NCBI GenBank assembly: GCA_038253515.1
Contig: JBBSHB010000002.1
Span: 824 to 64,823 of the forward strand
Origin: Gemmatimonadales bacterium
GTDB taxonomy: Bacteria; Gemmatimonadota; Gemmatimonadetes; Gemmatimonadales; GWC2-71-9
Reading direction: 5' to 3'
Length of the DNA: 64,000 nt
Part shown: positions 44,101-54,643 of the stretch, piece after piece
Layout: every line of letters starts with the position of its first letter
How positions within the stretch are numbered: position 1 is the stretch's first letter
Notes under the pieces: generated by a model
Told to the model about the DNA's origin: nothing
Databases searched by the model: none
The model's input: only the letters and a program-made list of their open reading frames with translations
Made by a program: the position numbers and the translations under genes

Positions 44101-44583
44101 GACGGGACCGCGCGCACCATGTTCCTGGAGACCTTCACCGCGGTCCAGGCCAACTTCGCCACGGTGTTCCAGGCCCTGTTCGGCGGCGGCGAATGCGAGC
44201 TTCTCCTGGCCAATCCCGCCGACCCGCTGGAGAGCGAGATCGACATCCACGCGGCACCCCGAGGCAAGCGGACCCAGCGGATCCACCTCCTGTCCTCCGG
44301 CGAGCGGACCCTGGTGGCCGTGTCGCTCCTGTTCAGCATCTATCTCACCAAGCCCAGCCCCTTCTGCCTCATGGACGAGGTGGATGCCCCCCTCGACGAT
44401 GCGAACGTCGGTCGCTTTACCCGTCTGCTGGACGAGTTCAAGGCCGGCACCCAGTTCCTGGTGATCACCCACAATCCGCGCACGATGCAGGCGGCCGACG
44501 CGGTGTACGGCGTAACCATGCAGGAGCCGGGGGTGTCCACCATCGTCGGGGTTCGGTTGGGTGAGGCGGAGCACGTCGCCTAG
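41110..44583 (+). CDS. smc: Chromosome segregation protein SMC
   Basis: The Walker A motif is in [25 protein letters not shown]. Long coiled coils follow. The signature and Walker B motifs are [30 protein letters not shown]. Confidence 0.95.
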   Translation: [1157 protein letters not shown]

Positions 44584-44619
44584 GAAGCGGCGGGGCGACT
44601 ACACTGAGCGAGGATCCCG

Positions 44620-45660
44620 ATGCTGATCGTCATGCGCCACGGCGCGGCCGAAGAGGAGATCCAGCGGGTGGTGGCCACCATCGAGGAGATGGGCTATCAG
44701 GCGCGGCCGATGCCCGGGAAGCAGCGCACCTCCGTCGGCTTGGTCGGCAACGACGGCCGGGTGGACGGGTCGAGACTGGCGGCGCTCCCCGGCGTGCAGG
44801 AGATCATCCACGTCACCAAGCCGTACAAGCAGGTGTCCCGCGAGTGGAAGCCGGAGCCCACCGTGGTGCGGCTGGCCGGCGGGCTGTCGGTGGGCGGCGA
44901 CGACGTGATCGTCATGGCCGGTCCCTGCTCGGTCGAAAGCGAGCGGCAGATCCTCGAGGCCGCCCGGGCGGTACGCGAGGCGGGGGCGACGGTGCTGCGG
45001 GCCGGCGCCTTCAAGCCACGTAGCTCACCCTACGCCTTTCAGGGACTCGGATCGATCGGCCTGCGCCTGCTGGCCAAGGCCCGGGAGGAAACCGGACTGC
45101 TCATCGTGACCGAGGCAATGGATGCCGAAGGGCTCGAGCAGGTGGTCGAGGTGGCCGACATCGTGCAGGTGGGGGCGCGGAACATGCAGAACTATTCCTT
45201 GTTGAAGCACGCCGGGCGCTGCGGCAAGCCGATCCTCCTCAAGCGAGGCCTCTCCGCCACCGTCCAGGAGCTGCTGCTCTCGGCCGAGTACATCCTGGCC
45301 GAGGGCAATACCCAGGTGATCCTCTGCGAGCGCGGCATCCGAAGCTTCGACCAGGCGACCCGAAACCTCTTCGACCTGAGCGCCATCCCGGTGGTCCATG
45401 GGCTGTCGCACCTTCCGATCGTCGCCGATCCAAGTCACGGCACCGGACACCGCGACATGGTCATCCCCATGGCACGGGCGGCGGTCGCGGCGGGCGCCGA
45501 CGGCCTGCTGGTCGAGGTGCACCCCTATCCCGACCGGGCCCTGTCCGACGGAGCGCAGAGCCTCTACCCCGAGCAGTTCGATCGCCTGATGAAGGAGGTC
45601 CGTCTGATCGCCGACGCCATCGGCCGCCGGGTAGCCGAGCCGGCAGTGGTCCGGGCCTGA
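44620..45660 (+). CDS. 3-deoxy-7-phosphoheptulonate (DAHP) synthase, type I-beta, with an N-terminal ferredoxin-like regulatory domain
   Basis: The N-terminal domain reads [26 protein letters not shown]. Motifs [23 protein letters not shown] and VADPSHGTG follow. Confidence 0.9.
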   Translation: MLIVMRHGAAEEEIQRVVATIEEMGYQARPMPGKQRTSVGLVGNDGRVDGSRLAALPGVQEIIHVTKPYKQVSREWKPEPTVVRLAGGLSVGGDDVIVMAGPCSVESERQILEAARAVREAGATVLRAGAFKPRSSPYAFQGLGSIGLRLLAKAREETGLLIVTEAMDAEGLEQVVEVADIVQVGARNMQNYSLLKHAGRCGKPILLKRGLSATVQELLLSAEYILAEGNTQVILCERGIRSFDQATRNLFDLSAIPVVHGLSHLPIVADPSHGTGHRDMVIPMARAAVAAGADGLLVEVHPYPDRALSDGAQSLYPEQFDRLMKEVRLIADAIGRRVAEPAVVRA

Positions 45661-46322
45661 TGCTGCGCCTGTGTCTCCTGCTCGGTCTCCTCACGGCTTC
45701 CCCGCCCCTGTGGCCTGCCCGGCTGTCCGCCCAGGACGCCCAGGCGATCGTCGGCCGCTCCTCCCGGGTCTACCGCTCGCTCAGCAGCCTCCGGGCCGAC
45801 TTCGTACAGGTGATCGACAACCCGATGATCGACAGCGCCGAGAGTCGGGGCACCCTGGTGCAGGCGGGCGCCGACAAGCTCTCGATGCGCTTCAGCGATC
45901 CGCCGGGTGAGGCGATCGTCATCGATGGACAGCACGTCTGGGTGTACACCCCGAGCACCACGCCTGGACAGGTGTTGCGTCTGGCGGTGCCGAGCGGGGG
46001 GCCGGTCTATGGCTACAACATCCTGGCCTGGCTGCTCGACCGGCCCGCGGAGCGGTATCAGGCATCGTACCTCCGGACCGACACGCTGAACGGACGGGCG
46101 ATGGACGTCGTCGCGCTGGTTCCCGCGGTGCCCGACCTTCCCTTCGAGCGGGCCGTCGTCTGGCTCGACCGGGAGGACGCCCTGCCCCGCCGCCTCGAGA
46201 TCAGCGAGCGCACCGGCTCAACCCGGACCCTGACACTCTCCCGGATGCAGGTGAATCGGTCGGTCCCGGATCGCACCTTCACCTTCGAGGTGCCGCCCGG
46301 GGTCCGCGTGGTGGATCAATGA
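45660..46322 (+). CDS. LolA-like outer-membrane lipoprotein carrier protein
   Basis: It has a signal peptide, then YRSLSSLRADFVQVIDNPMIDSAESRGTL..LSMRF. Confidence 0.7.
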   Translation: MLRLCLLLGLLTASPPLWPARLSAQDAQAIVGRSSRVYRSLSSLRADFVQVIDNPMIDSAESRGTLVQAGADKLSMRFSDPPGEAIVIDGQHVWVYTPSTTPGQVLRLAVPSGGPVYGYNILAWLLDRPAERYQASYLRTDTLNGRAMDVVALVPAVPDLPFERAVVWLDREDALPRRLEISERTGSTRTLTLSRMQVNRSVPDRTFTFEVPPGVRVVDQ

Positions 46323-47890
46323 GCCGATGCCGCGACGGTGGCCATGTCTAGGAGCGCCCGCGGCGTCGATGCGTTCCGCAGCAGCGCCACGGCCTGCTGG
46401 ATCTGCCGGTCGTCGGTCACGCGCCGGCGGCTCTCGGCGGCCGGCCCGAACCGGTAGCGCGCCACCTCGTAGGCGAGCTGCTCGTCGAGCAGCTGCCCGC
46501 CACCGACAAAGACGCTGTCCGGGATGGCGACCCCACGCTGCTGCAACCGCCGACGGACCTCCTGCCGCATGACGGGGGTGATCTCGAACCCCTCCGACCG
46601 TACGCTCTCCGCGTGACGAAGCTGCAAGGCGTACGCGGTGAGCACATCTCGGTAGGGCGACACCTGCCCTTCCAGGGCCCGGGCGAAGAGCTGCCCCGCC
46701 GCACTGAGGGTATCGGGCTCCAGGCGGACATCCGGAACGATGCCTCCGCCGCCCGGAAGCACCCGGCCCTCATCGGATTGGAATCCCACCTGCACCGCTG
46801 CCGGGTGTGCCGCGCCCATCGCCGAGTCGAGCACGGCGCCTTGGATCGAGCGGCCGCTCGGCGTGTACCAACGGGCGGTGGTCATCCGAAGCGCCACGTC
46901 GGGTCCCAGCGGGAAGACGGTCTGCACGATCCCCTTGCCGTAGGTGGTATCGCCGACCACCAGCGCGCGATCGTGGTCCTGCAGCGCGCCGGCGATGATC
47001 TCGCCGGCGCTGGCCGTCCCCCGATTCACCAGGACGACGATCGGCAAACCGCGCCAGCGCTGGGGCGCGCCGTCCCGCCAGACGTGGTTGTCCCCGGGTG
47101 CGCGGCCACGGCTCACCAGAATTCCCTGCGGGGGGTCGAGAAAGAGATCGACCGCCGCGACCGCTTCGTCCCGCAGGCCTCCCGGGTTGGATCGAAGATC
47201 CAGCACCAGGGATTTCATTCCCGCGCCCGCCAGCCGGGCGATCTCCTGTTCCAGCTCGGCCGCGCAGTGATCCCGGACCATCGTGAGGCTGAGATAGCCG
47301 ACGCCGCCGTCCAGCAGGACACCATCCGAGACGGCGCGTCGGTGAATCCGCTCGCGATTCAGATGGAAGTGGAGCGGCCCCGCCGAGCCCTCGCGGAGCA
47401 CCGCGACGTCGATGGGGCTGCCAAGCGGTCCTCGAAGCGCCTGAACCGCGCGATCGAGCGTCCACCCCGCCGCCGAGATGCCATCGACCTCGACCAGCTG
47501 ATCCCCCGGTCGAATGCCGAGCCGCTCCGCCGGTGTGCCGGGCATCGGCGCCACCACGGTGATCCAGCCGTTGCGCGCGTCCACCTGCAGGCCGATACCG
47601 GCATAATCCCCCGTGGTCCGCTCCTGGAGGCGCGCGTAGTCCTTGCCTTCCAGCAGGGCGGCATAGGGATCGTGCAGCTTCGCGAGCATGCCGTCCGTGG
47701 CCCGCTGATAGAGCGCCGCCTCGGGCAAGCTGTCGACGTGATAGTCCCGCACATGGGCGAGGACGGTCTCGAAGAGGCGTGCTTGCTGATAGACGTCGGC
47801 CCCCGCGCCCATGCGGCGCTGGAGAAGCCAGCCGCCGCTGAAGCATACCAGCATGGCGAGAAGGGCGGAAACAGCCCAGCGTCGGGACAT
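46316..47890 (-). CDS. ctp: S41 C-terminal processing peptidase (PDZ-containing), copy 1
   Basis: Motifs IGLQVDARNGWITVVAPMPGTPAERLGIRPGD and NRGTASAGEIIAGALQDHDRALVVGDTTYGKG are present. Confidence 0.9.
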   Translation of the reverse strand: MSRRWAVSALLAMLVCFSGGWLLQRRMGAGADVYQQARLFETVLAHVRDYHVDSLPEAALYQRATDGMLAKLHDPYAALLEGKDYARLQERTTGDYAGIGLQVDARNGWITVVAPMPGTPAERLGIRPGDQLVEVDGISAAGWTLDRAVQALRGPLGSPIDVAVLREGSAGPLHFHLNRERIHRRAVSDGVLLDGGVGYLSLTMVRDHCAAELEQEIARLAGAGMKSLVLDLRSNPGGLRDEAVAAVDLFLDPPQGILVSRGRAPGDNHVWRDGAPQRWRGLPIVVLVNRGTASAGEIIAGALQDHDRALVVGDTTYGKGIVQTVFPLGPDVALRMTTARWYTPSGRSIQGAVLDSAMGAAHPAAVQVGFQSDEGRVLPGGGGIVPDVRLEPDTLSAAGQLFARALEGQVSPYRDVLTAYALQLRHAESVRSEGFEITPVMRQEVRRRLQQRGVAIPDSVFVGGGQLLDEQLAYEVARYRFGPAAESRRRVTDDRQIQQAVALLRNASTPRALLDMATVAASAH

Positions 47891-47917
47891 CGTGAACCTC
47901 GATGGGAGACGTACTCC

Positions 47918-48808
47918 CTAGTGGCGGCCGGGGGAAAAAGTTTCCACCTCGTCCTCATCGGTGAGGATGCGCTCCACCCGGCGGGCCGACTCCATTTCCA
48001 GGCCGGCCTCCCGCGCGAGTCGAAGCGCGGCCAGGCCCAGACTGCGGTACAGCTCCCGGTCGGCCGGATCCAGCGCGGCGAGATGGGCTCGGATGGTCTC
48101 GGCGTCACCCCGGCGAATCGGACCCGTCAAAGCCGCCGCCGGCCCGAGCTCCAGATTCGACACGGCGCCCTGCATCAATGGCAGGTAGAGCTGACCGGCC
48201 ATTTCCGGGGGCACCCCGGCGTCGCGTGCGAGGCGTTCGGCGATGCCGGCGAGCGCGACCGTGTAATTGGCGGCGAACACCGCCGCGGCATGATACCTCG
48301 CCTTCCGATCCGTGGCGAGCACCACGGGGCGCATCCGAAGATCCGCCGCGAGGCGCCTTCCCGCGGCGACGGCTCGCGCATCGCCTTCGATACCGGCATA
48401 GCAGCCGGCCAGGCGTTCGGCCGCGGATGAGGGCTCGACGATGGTCTGGAGCGGGTGGAACGATCCGAGCGCCGCGCCGCTCGTGGCGAGCGGATGCAGA
48501 GCGCGACGGTCGAGCACGCCGGAAAGATGGAGTACGACCTGAGACGGGCCGACCGCGCGTTCGTCGGCCAGCTCGGCGGCGACCTGCTCGATGACCTCGT
48601 CGGGAGTGGCGAGGAGCACTAGCCCGGCGGCTCGGACGGCCTCGGCGCGCGGACCCGGATGCAGCGCCAAGGGTGGGGCGAGCGGCCGCGGCCGGCGGGA
48701 AAGCAGCGCGACCTCAGCGCCCGCTGCCGAGAGGGCCAGCGCCAGGCCCTGGCCCATCCGGCCCGCGCCGAGGATCACCACCTGCTGTCGCTCCACGGCA
48801 TCCTCCAC
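47918..48808 (-). CDS. Rossmann-fold / DUF2520-like oxidoreductase
   Basis: The N-terminus VVILGAGRMGQGLALALSAAG is present, and the C-terminal helical domain is typical of DUF2520 proteins. Confidence 0.7.
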   Translation of the reverse strand: MEDAVERQQVVILGAGRMGQGLALALSAAGAEVALLSRRPRPLAPPLALHPGPRAEAVRAAGLVLLATPDEVIEQVAAELADERAVGPSQVVLHLSGVLDRRALHPLATSGAALGSFHPLQTIVEPSSAAERLAGCYAGIEGDARAVAAGRRLAADLRMRPVVLATDRKARYHAAAVFAANYTVALAGIAERLARDAGVPPEMAGQLYLPLMQGAVSNLELGPAAALTGPIRRGDAETIRAHLAALDPADRELYRSLGLAALRLAREAGLEMESARRVERILTDEDEVETFSPGRH

Positions 48809-48892
48809 TCAGCCGGCCCAAAGAGGCGCGAGCCCGGCCCCCGGGACAGCGGGGCCGGGCTCGCGAATGGTGTCGTCCCGCCGGCTGGAGCG

Positions 48893-50539
48893 CTAGTTCT
48901 GCACCGGCGCCGCCGCGTGGCTCGCGGCGGCGAGACTCATCAGCTCCTTGGGGCTCTGCGCCTTCCGCAGCAGCGCCATGGCGGTCTGCATCTGCCGGTC
49001 ATTGGTCGCCTGGCGCTTGAACTCCGCGGGGCGCCCGAAGACGTAGCGGGTGATCTCGTAGGTCAGCTGCCTGTCGAGCAGCGCGCTCGCGCCGTTGAAC
49101 ACCGTCGGGGACAGGTTCACGCCCTTGGCCCGAAGTCGGTCGAGCACCTGCTGGCGCATCTCGGGCGTCACCTTGAACGACTCCGAGGTCACGGTACGAT
49201 TCTGCTTCGCCTCGAGCGCGTAGGTGGTCAGGACGTCCAGGTACTCCGGCGCGTGGCTGCCGATCGCTTTGGCGAACTCGCGCTCGCCCTGGGTCAGAGT
49301 GTCGGGACGGATGACCAGGTCGGGCACGATGCCACCACCGCCCCGGACGATTCGCCCCGCGTCGGTGTGGAAGACCGGCCGCGTCCGAATGGCGGAGTCG
49401 CTGTGCTCCTTGGGGCTGGCGCCGGGGATGGTATCACCGGCTTCTTGCGCCGCCTCCGCCGCCTGGTCCTCCTCGTTCTTGGCGATCCGCTGAATGGTGC
49501 GGCCGCTAGGCGTGTACCAGCGGGCGGTCGTCAGCTTGAGGGCAACCCCATCGCCCAGCGGGAAGAGCGTCTGCACCAGCCCCTTGCCGAAGGTGGGCGT
49601 GCCCACCACGACGGCCCGATCGTGATCCTGCAGCGCTCCGGCAATGATCTCGGCGGCGCTGGCGGTCCCGTCGTTCACCAGAACCACGATGGGGAGCTCC
49701 GGCCAGGCCTGCCGCGCCTCGTCGTAGAACTCCTTGGTTGATCCGCGCGCCCGGCCTCGTGTCGCCACGATCTCCTGCTTGGTATCGAGGAGCAGATCGG
49801 CCACCTTGACACCCTGGTCGAGCAACCCGCCGGGGTTGAACCTGAGGTCGAGGAGGAGCGACTTCATCCCCTTGGACTTCATCGCGGCGATCTCCTGCTG
49901 CAGCTCGTCCGCGGAGGTCTCGGAGACGGGGTTGAGCGAGATATAGCCGACCCCCCCGTCGAACAACGTGCCCGGCGGGACCGAGCGGATGTGGATCTGG
50001 GCCCGGGTGAGGGTGTACTTGATCGGCTCGGCGATCCCAGCGCGGCGGACGGTCAGCGTGACCTTGGTGCCAGCCTGTCCCCGGAGCGCCTTCAACGCCT
50101 GGTCGCTCTTCCAGCCTTCGGTCGGCTTGCCGTCGACCTCGATGATCTGATCGCCGGTCCCGATCCCGGCCCGCGCGGCCGGCGTCTCCGGCAGGGGAGC
50201 CACGACCGTGATCCAGCCATCGCGCACGTCGATCTGGATGCCGAGCCCGGCGTAATTGCCGGAGGTTTGCTCGGTGAGCGCCTTGTAGTCGTCGCCCGTC
50301 AAGAGCACCGAATAGGGGTCCTTGAGCTGCTCCAGCATCCCGCGGGTGGCGCGGTCGTAGAGCTCCGTCTCCCCGATCGAATCGACATAGTAGGCGTTGA
50401 CGTGTCCCAGCACGTCGTCGAACAGCCGGGCCTGCTGATACACGTTGCCGCCGGTGGCCACGCCACGCTGCAGCAACCAGCCGCCGCTCAAGAAGGAGAT
50501 CGCCGCCACCAACGCCATCACACTCCACCGCTGCTTCAT
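48893..50539 (-). CDS. ctp: S41 C-terminal processing peptidase (PDZ-containing), copy 2
   Basis: The start is MKQRWSVMALVAAISFLSGGWLL, with GGAGGAAGG upstream of ATG 50539. The motif NDGTASAAEIIAGALQDHDRAVVVGTPTFGKG is present. Confidence 0.9.
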   Translation of the reverse strand: MKQRWSVMALVAAISFLSGGWLLQRGVATGGNVYQQARLFDDVLGHVNAYYVDSIGETELYDRATRGMLEQLKDPYSVLLTGDDYKALTEQTSGNYAGLGIQIDVRDGWITVVAPLPETPAARAGIGTGDQIIEVDGKPTEGWKSDQALKALRGQAGTKVTLTVRRAGIAEPIKYTLTRAQIHIRSVPPGTLFDGGVGYISLNPVSETSADELQQEIAAMKSKGMKSLLLDLRFNPGGLLDQGVKVADLLLDTKQEIVATRGRARGSTKEFYDEARQAWPELPIVVLVNDGTASAAEIIAGALQDHDRAVVVGTPTFGKGLVQTLFPLGDGVALKLTTARWYTPSGRTIQRIAKNEEDQAAEAAQEAGDTIPGASPKEHSDSAIRTRPVFHTDAGRIVRGGGGIVPDLVIRPDTLTQGEREFAKAIGSHAPEYLDVLTTYALEAKQNRTVTSESFKVTPEMRQQVLDRLRAKGVNLSPTVFNGASALLDRQLTYEITRYVFGRPAEFKRQATNDRQMQTAMALLRKAQSPKELMSLAAASHAAAPVQN

Positions 50540-50604
50540 ACCTTCCTCCACTGCCGCAGAATAACTGCGATGGGACGGGCACCCCTCATCCCGCCGCGTT
50601 CCGC

Positions 50605-51246
50605 CTAACCGGCTGCGTTGCCAAACCTTTGCGGCGCCGCCGCCGCCAACTCCGCCCAGGCGGTCTGCAAGAGCCGGTCCGGCGGCAAGCGAGCATCCAG
50701 ATGGCGAACCCCCGTGCCCTGCACTCCCAAATAATAGTCGATTACCCGGCGGTGAAACTCGGCGCTTTCTCCGTCGAGCCGGTCCAGCCGCTTGCCGGCC
50801 GCCTCCTGCCGAGCCCGGCCCACGGCCGGCGGCAGGTCGAGAATGAGCGTCAGATCGGGCAGCAGCCCCATTGCCGCCGCCTGATTCGCGGGGCGGACCA
50901 CGTCGGCCGGGAGTCCACGCCCGGCCATCTGGTACGCTTCGGTCGAGAGGGTGAACCGATCGGAAAGTACCACCCGGCCGGCCGTCAGCGCGGGCAGGAT
51001 CACCGTCAGCACCAGATCCGAGCGCGCCGCCAGGTAAAAGAAGAGCTCGGCCAGCGGCCCGACCGGATGCTCGGGATCGAGCACCGCCTGCCGGGCCAGC
51101 TCGGCGGCGCGAGTGCCGCCAGGCTCCCGGGTCAGGACCGGGTCCACCCCGCATTGCCGCATCCGCTCCGCCAGCGGCGCGGTCAGCGTGCTCTTCCCCG
51201 ATCCCTCCGGTCCTTCGATGACGACGAAGAAGCCAAGGCCGCTCAT
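50605..51246 (-). CDS. tmk: Thymidylate kinase
   Basis: The motif FVVIEGPEGSGKST..TREPGGT is present. The start is ATG 51246, inside the long composite ORF. Confidence 0.9.
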   Translation of the reverse strand: MSGLGFFVVIEGPEGSGKSTLTAPLAERMRQCGVDPVLTREPGGTRAAELARQAVLDPEHPVGPLAELFFYLAARSDLVLTVILPALTAGRVVLSDRFTLSTEAYQMAGRGLPADVVRPANQAAAMGLLPDLTLILDLPPAVGRARQEAAGKRLDRLDGESAEFHRRVIDYYLGVQGTGVRHLDARLPPDRLLQTAWAELAAAAPQRFGNAAG

Positions 51247-51596
51247 CCCAGGGTGATGATGCTGCTGCCCGCCCCCTTCTCCATGCCCTCGCTGATCTGC
51301 TGGTTGACCCGGGTCATCAGCTTCTCGAAGTTGGCGCGGGCCACCACGTACGCCTGGCCGACCGGACTCACCTCGAGCTCCCGCACCGCCTTCTCGTAGG
51401 CCTCGGCGGTCGCCTGGTCCGGCATCTGGCCGGCGGTCACCAGCTGATCGACCTGGCGCGCGAGCGTCTGGATCTGATCCAGCTTGCTCACCGTCTCCTT
51501 GTCGTCCCGGAGCGACGCCTCGGCCCGCCGGAGTGTCTGGTATTCCACCGATTGTCCGATCAGTCTGCCGAGCTCCTGCGCCTTGTCCCAGATCAC
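51243..51596 (-). CDS. YlbF/YmcA-family protein
   Basis: The N-terminus reads [26 protein letters not shown].., with a helical pattern typical of the family. The start is GTG 51596, with GGAG upstream. Confidence 0.7.
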   Translation of the reverse strand: MIWDKAQELGRLIGQSVEYQTLRRAEASLRDDKETVSKLDQIQTLARQVDQLVTAGQMPDQATAEAYEKAVRELEVSPVGQAYVVARANFEKLMTRVNQQISEGMEKGAGSSIITLG

Positions 51597-52439
51597 GGTG
51601 TCTCGCTCCTTCGCGCGAGCAGGTAGCGCTCGCGACCGAAAAGGTCTGCCTGGATGGCGACATCGGTCCAACCGAGGGCGCCCGCACGGTGGGCGGATTC
51701 CGCCGCGCGGGTAGCATCGACTTCCAACCCGAGCCAGCCGCCCCGCCGAAGCACGGTCCGCCCTTCGTCCAGCAGGCGGGTGGTGGCCCGGAGCCCGTCA
51801 TCCCCGCTCTCCAGAGCCGACCGGGGCTCCCAGTCCCGCACCGACCGGTCGAGCAGGGCGTACTCCCCGGTCGTAAGATACGGGGGATTGGAGACCAACG
51901 CGTCGAACACGCCACCCCGGAGCGGCGCGCACAGATCTCCTTTGACCAGCGAAACGCCCATCCCGGTCCGCGCGCGATTCTCCCGTGCCAGTGCCAGCGC
52001 GTCGGCCGACTGGTCCACCCCGACCACTTGGGAAAATTCACCCTCGAGCGCGAGGCTCAAGGCGAGGCAGCCGCTCCCGGTTCCGATGTCCGCCACTCGA
52101 CCGCTCCGCACGCGAGGCAGCAGCAGATCGACCAGCCCCTCGGTCTCCGGCCGGGGGATCAGCCCGCGCGAATCACTCCGCAGCGTCAGCTTACGAAACT
52201 CAATTCGGCCCGTCGCGTACGCGAGCGGCTCACCGGCGGCCCGGCGCTTCACGGCGGCAAGGAACGCCGCGGCCGTGCCGGGAGGGATCACCTCGTCCGG
52301 CCGCAGGACGAACTCGCCCGGATGCTCGCTCGAGAGATCGGCCCAGATGCGAAGCGCTTCGCGCCTGGGCGAGGCGAGGCCTGCGGCGCTCAACCCCGCC
52401 ACGGCATCCGCCAGCAGGGCGCCGCGAGACGGCTCCACG

Positions 52440-52447
<8 letters not shown>
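51593..52447 (-). CDS. prmC: Release factor glutamine methyltransferase
   Basis: The NPPY motif is in LVSNPPYL, and the SAM-binding motif is in [13 protein letters not shown]. Confidence 0.9.
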
Positions 52448-53498
<1,051 letters not shown>

Positions 53499-53501
53499 GG
53501 C

Positions 53502-53723
53502 TTACGCCTTAGGCGCGGCGGCCGGCTCGGTCTGGTACCTCCGGCGGAATCGATCCACCCGGCCCGCGGTGTCGACCAGCCGCTGCTTGCCGGTGAAGTA
53601 GGGATGGCACTGGGCGCAGACCTCCACGTGGATGGACGCGGCGGTCGAGCGGGTCTCGAACGAGTTGCCGCAGGCACACACAGCGGTGACCTTGCGGTAG
53701 TTGGGATGCAGGTCGGCTTTCAC
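53502..53723 (-). CDS. rpmE: 50S ribosomal protein L31 (Zn-ribbon type)
   Basis: The sequence reads [31 protein letters not shown]. Confidence 0.95.
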   Translation of the reverse strand: MKADLHPNYRKVTAVCACGNSFETRSTAASIHVEVCAQCHPYFTGKQRLVDTAGRVDRFRRRYQTEPAAAPKA

Positions 53724-53766
53724 GATGGAAATCTCCGGTTGGCGCTAAGCCGTGAAGTATAACCGG

Positions 53767-53786
53767 CTTGCATCGCCGCATGCAAG
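53767..53786. promoter_or_regulatory. Palindrome CTTGCAT-N6-ATGCAAG between rpmE and the Crp/Fnr-family gene
   Basis: Read directly from the sequence. A third half-site, TGCAAG, sits at 53823-53828 beside the putative -10. Confidence 0.35.
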
Positions 53787-53805
53787 GAGAGCATCCGGGC
53801 GAAGA

Positions 53806-53834
53806 TTGACACGGTTACAAGGTGCAAGTATCGT
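53806..53834 (+). promoter_or_regulatory. Sigma-70-like promoter for the Crp/Fnr-family gene
   Basis: TTGACA (53806-53811), a 17-nt spacer and TATCGT (53829-53834) lie about 35 nt before GTG 53868. Confidence 0.45.
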
Positions 53835-53867
53835 ACTCCCAACCACTTCCGCCTTTGAGAGGCCCTC

Positions 53868-54548
53868 GTGCCCTTGTCCCCCCTAGAAGTCCTGCGAAAG
53901 GTCCCCCTCTTTGCCGGGCTCACCGAGGCCGACCTGGCGGCCTTCGCCGAGCTCACTCGCGAGCGCAGTTACCCGAAAGGCAGCGTGATCGTCTTCGAGG
54001 ATGATCCCGGAGACGCGCTATACCTGGTCGCCGCCGGGCAGGTCAAGGTTGTGCTGATCGCGGAGGACGGCCGGGAGGTCATCCTCTCGGTCCTGGGCGA
54101 AGGGAGCTTCTTCGGGGAGATGGCGGTGATCGACGAGGAGCCACGATCGGCGCACGTCATCGCGATGGAGGACTCGGGTCTGCTGGTCCTTCGGCGTGAG
54201 GACTTTCACGCCCGTCTCCGGAGCTCGCCGGAAGTGGCGATCTCGCTGCTCCGGGAGATCTCCCGGCGGCTGCGGCGTGCCGACGAGAAGATCGGCAGTC
54301 TGGTCCTGCTCGACGTGAACGGACGGGTCGCGCACCTCCTGCTCCGGATGGCCGAGGACGAGGGCGGCGACCGGATCACCCGCAAGCTCACCCACCACAC
54401 CATCGCCCAGATGATCGGCTCCAGCCGGGAGACCGTCTCCCGCACGATGCGCAATCTGGTCGAGCGGGGCATCATTCTGGTCACCCGCAAGGATATCACG
54501 CTCAAGGACCGCCGCTCCCTCATGCTGGCGGCGCGGCGCGGTGCGTGA
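53868..54548 (+). CDS. Crp/Fnr family transcriptional regulator
   Basis: The cNMP-binding domain reads FAGLTEADLAAFAE..GDALYLVAAGQVKV..GEGSFFGEMA. The C-terminal HTH reads TIAQMIGSSRETVSRTMRNL. Confidence 0.85.
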   Translation: MPLSPLEVLRKVPLFAGLTEADLAAFAELTRERSYPKGSVIVFEDDPGDALYLVAAGQVKVVLIAEDGREVILSVLGEGSFFGEMAVIDEEPRSAHVIAMEDSGLLVLRREDFHARLRSSPEVAISLLREISRRLRRADEKIGSLVLLDVNGRVAHLLLRMAEDEGGDRITRKLTHHTIAQMIGSSRETVSRTMRNLVERGIILVTRKDITLKDRRSLMLAARRGA

Positions 54549-54643
54549 GGGCGGTCACGACCGTTGCGTGATTGCGACCGCTGCTCGATACCTGTGACGG
54601 GAAGAGGTTCGGGCATGGTGCTTCACGCAGCCAATCCGAAGCC

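Noticed and set aside
40621-44574. 1317-aa ORF on the minus strand
   Set aside because: It is antisense to smc, which has unambiguous Walker A, signature and Walker B motifs. This is a GC-driven shadow ORF.
50605-52041. 478-aa single ORF in the track, and similarly 48893-51154, 61121-63319, 35957-39571 and 13276-14460
   Set aside because: These are composites, with real genes preceded by long in-frame upstream extensions that overlap neighbouring genes. I used internal starts supported by RBS-like sequences, signal peptides or family N-termini.
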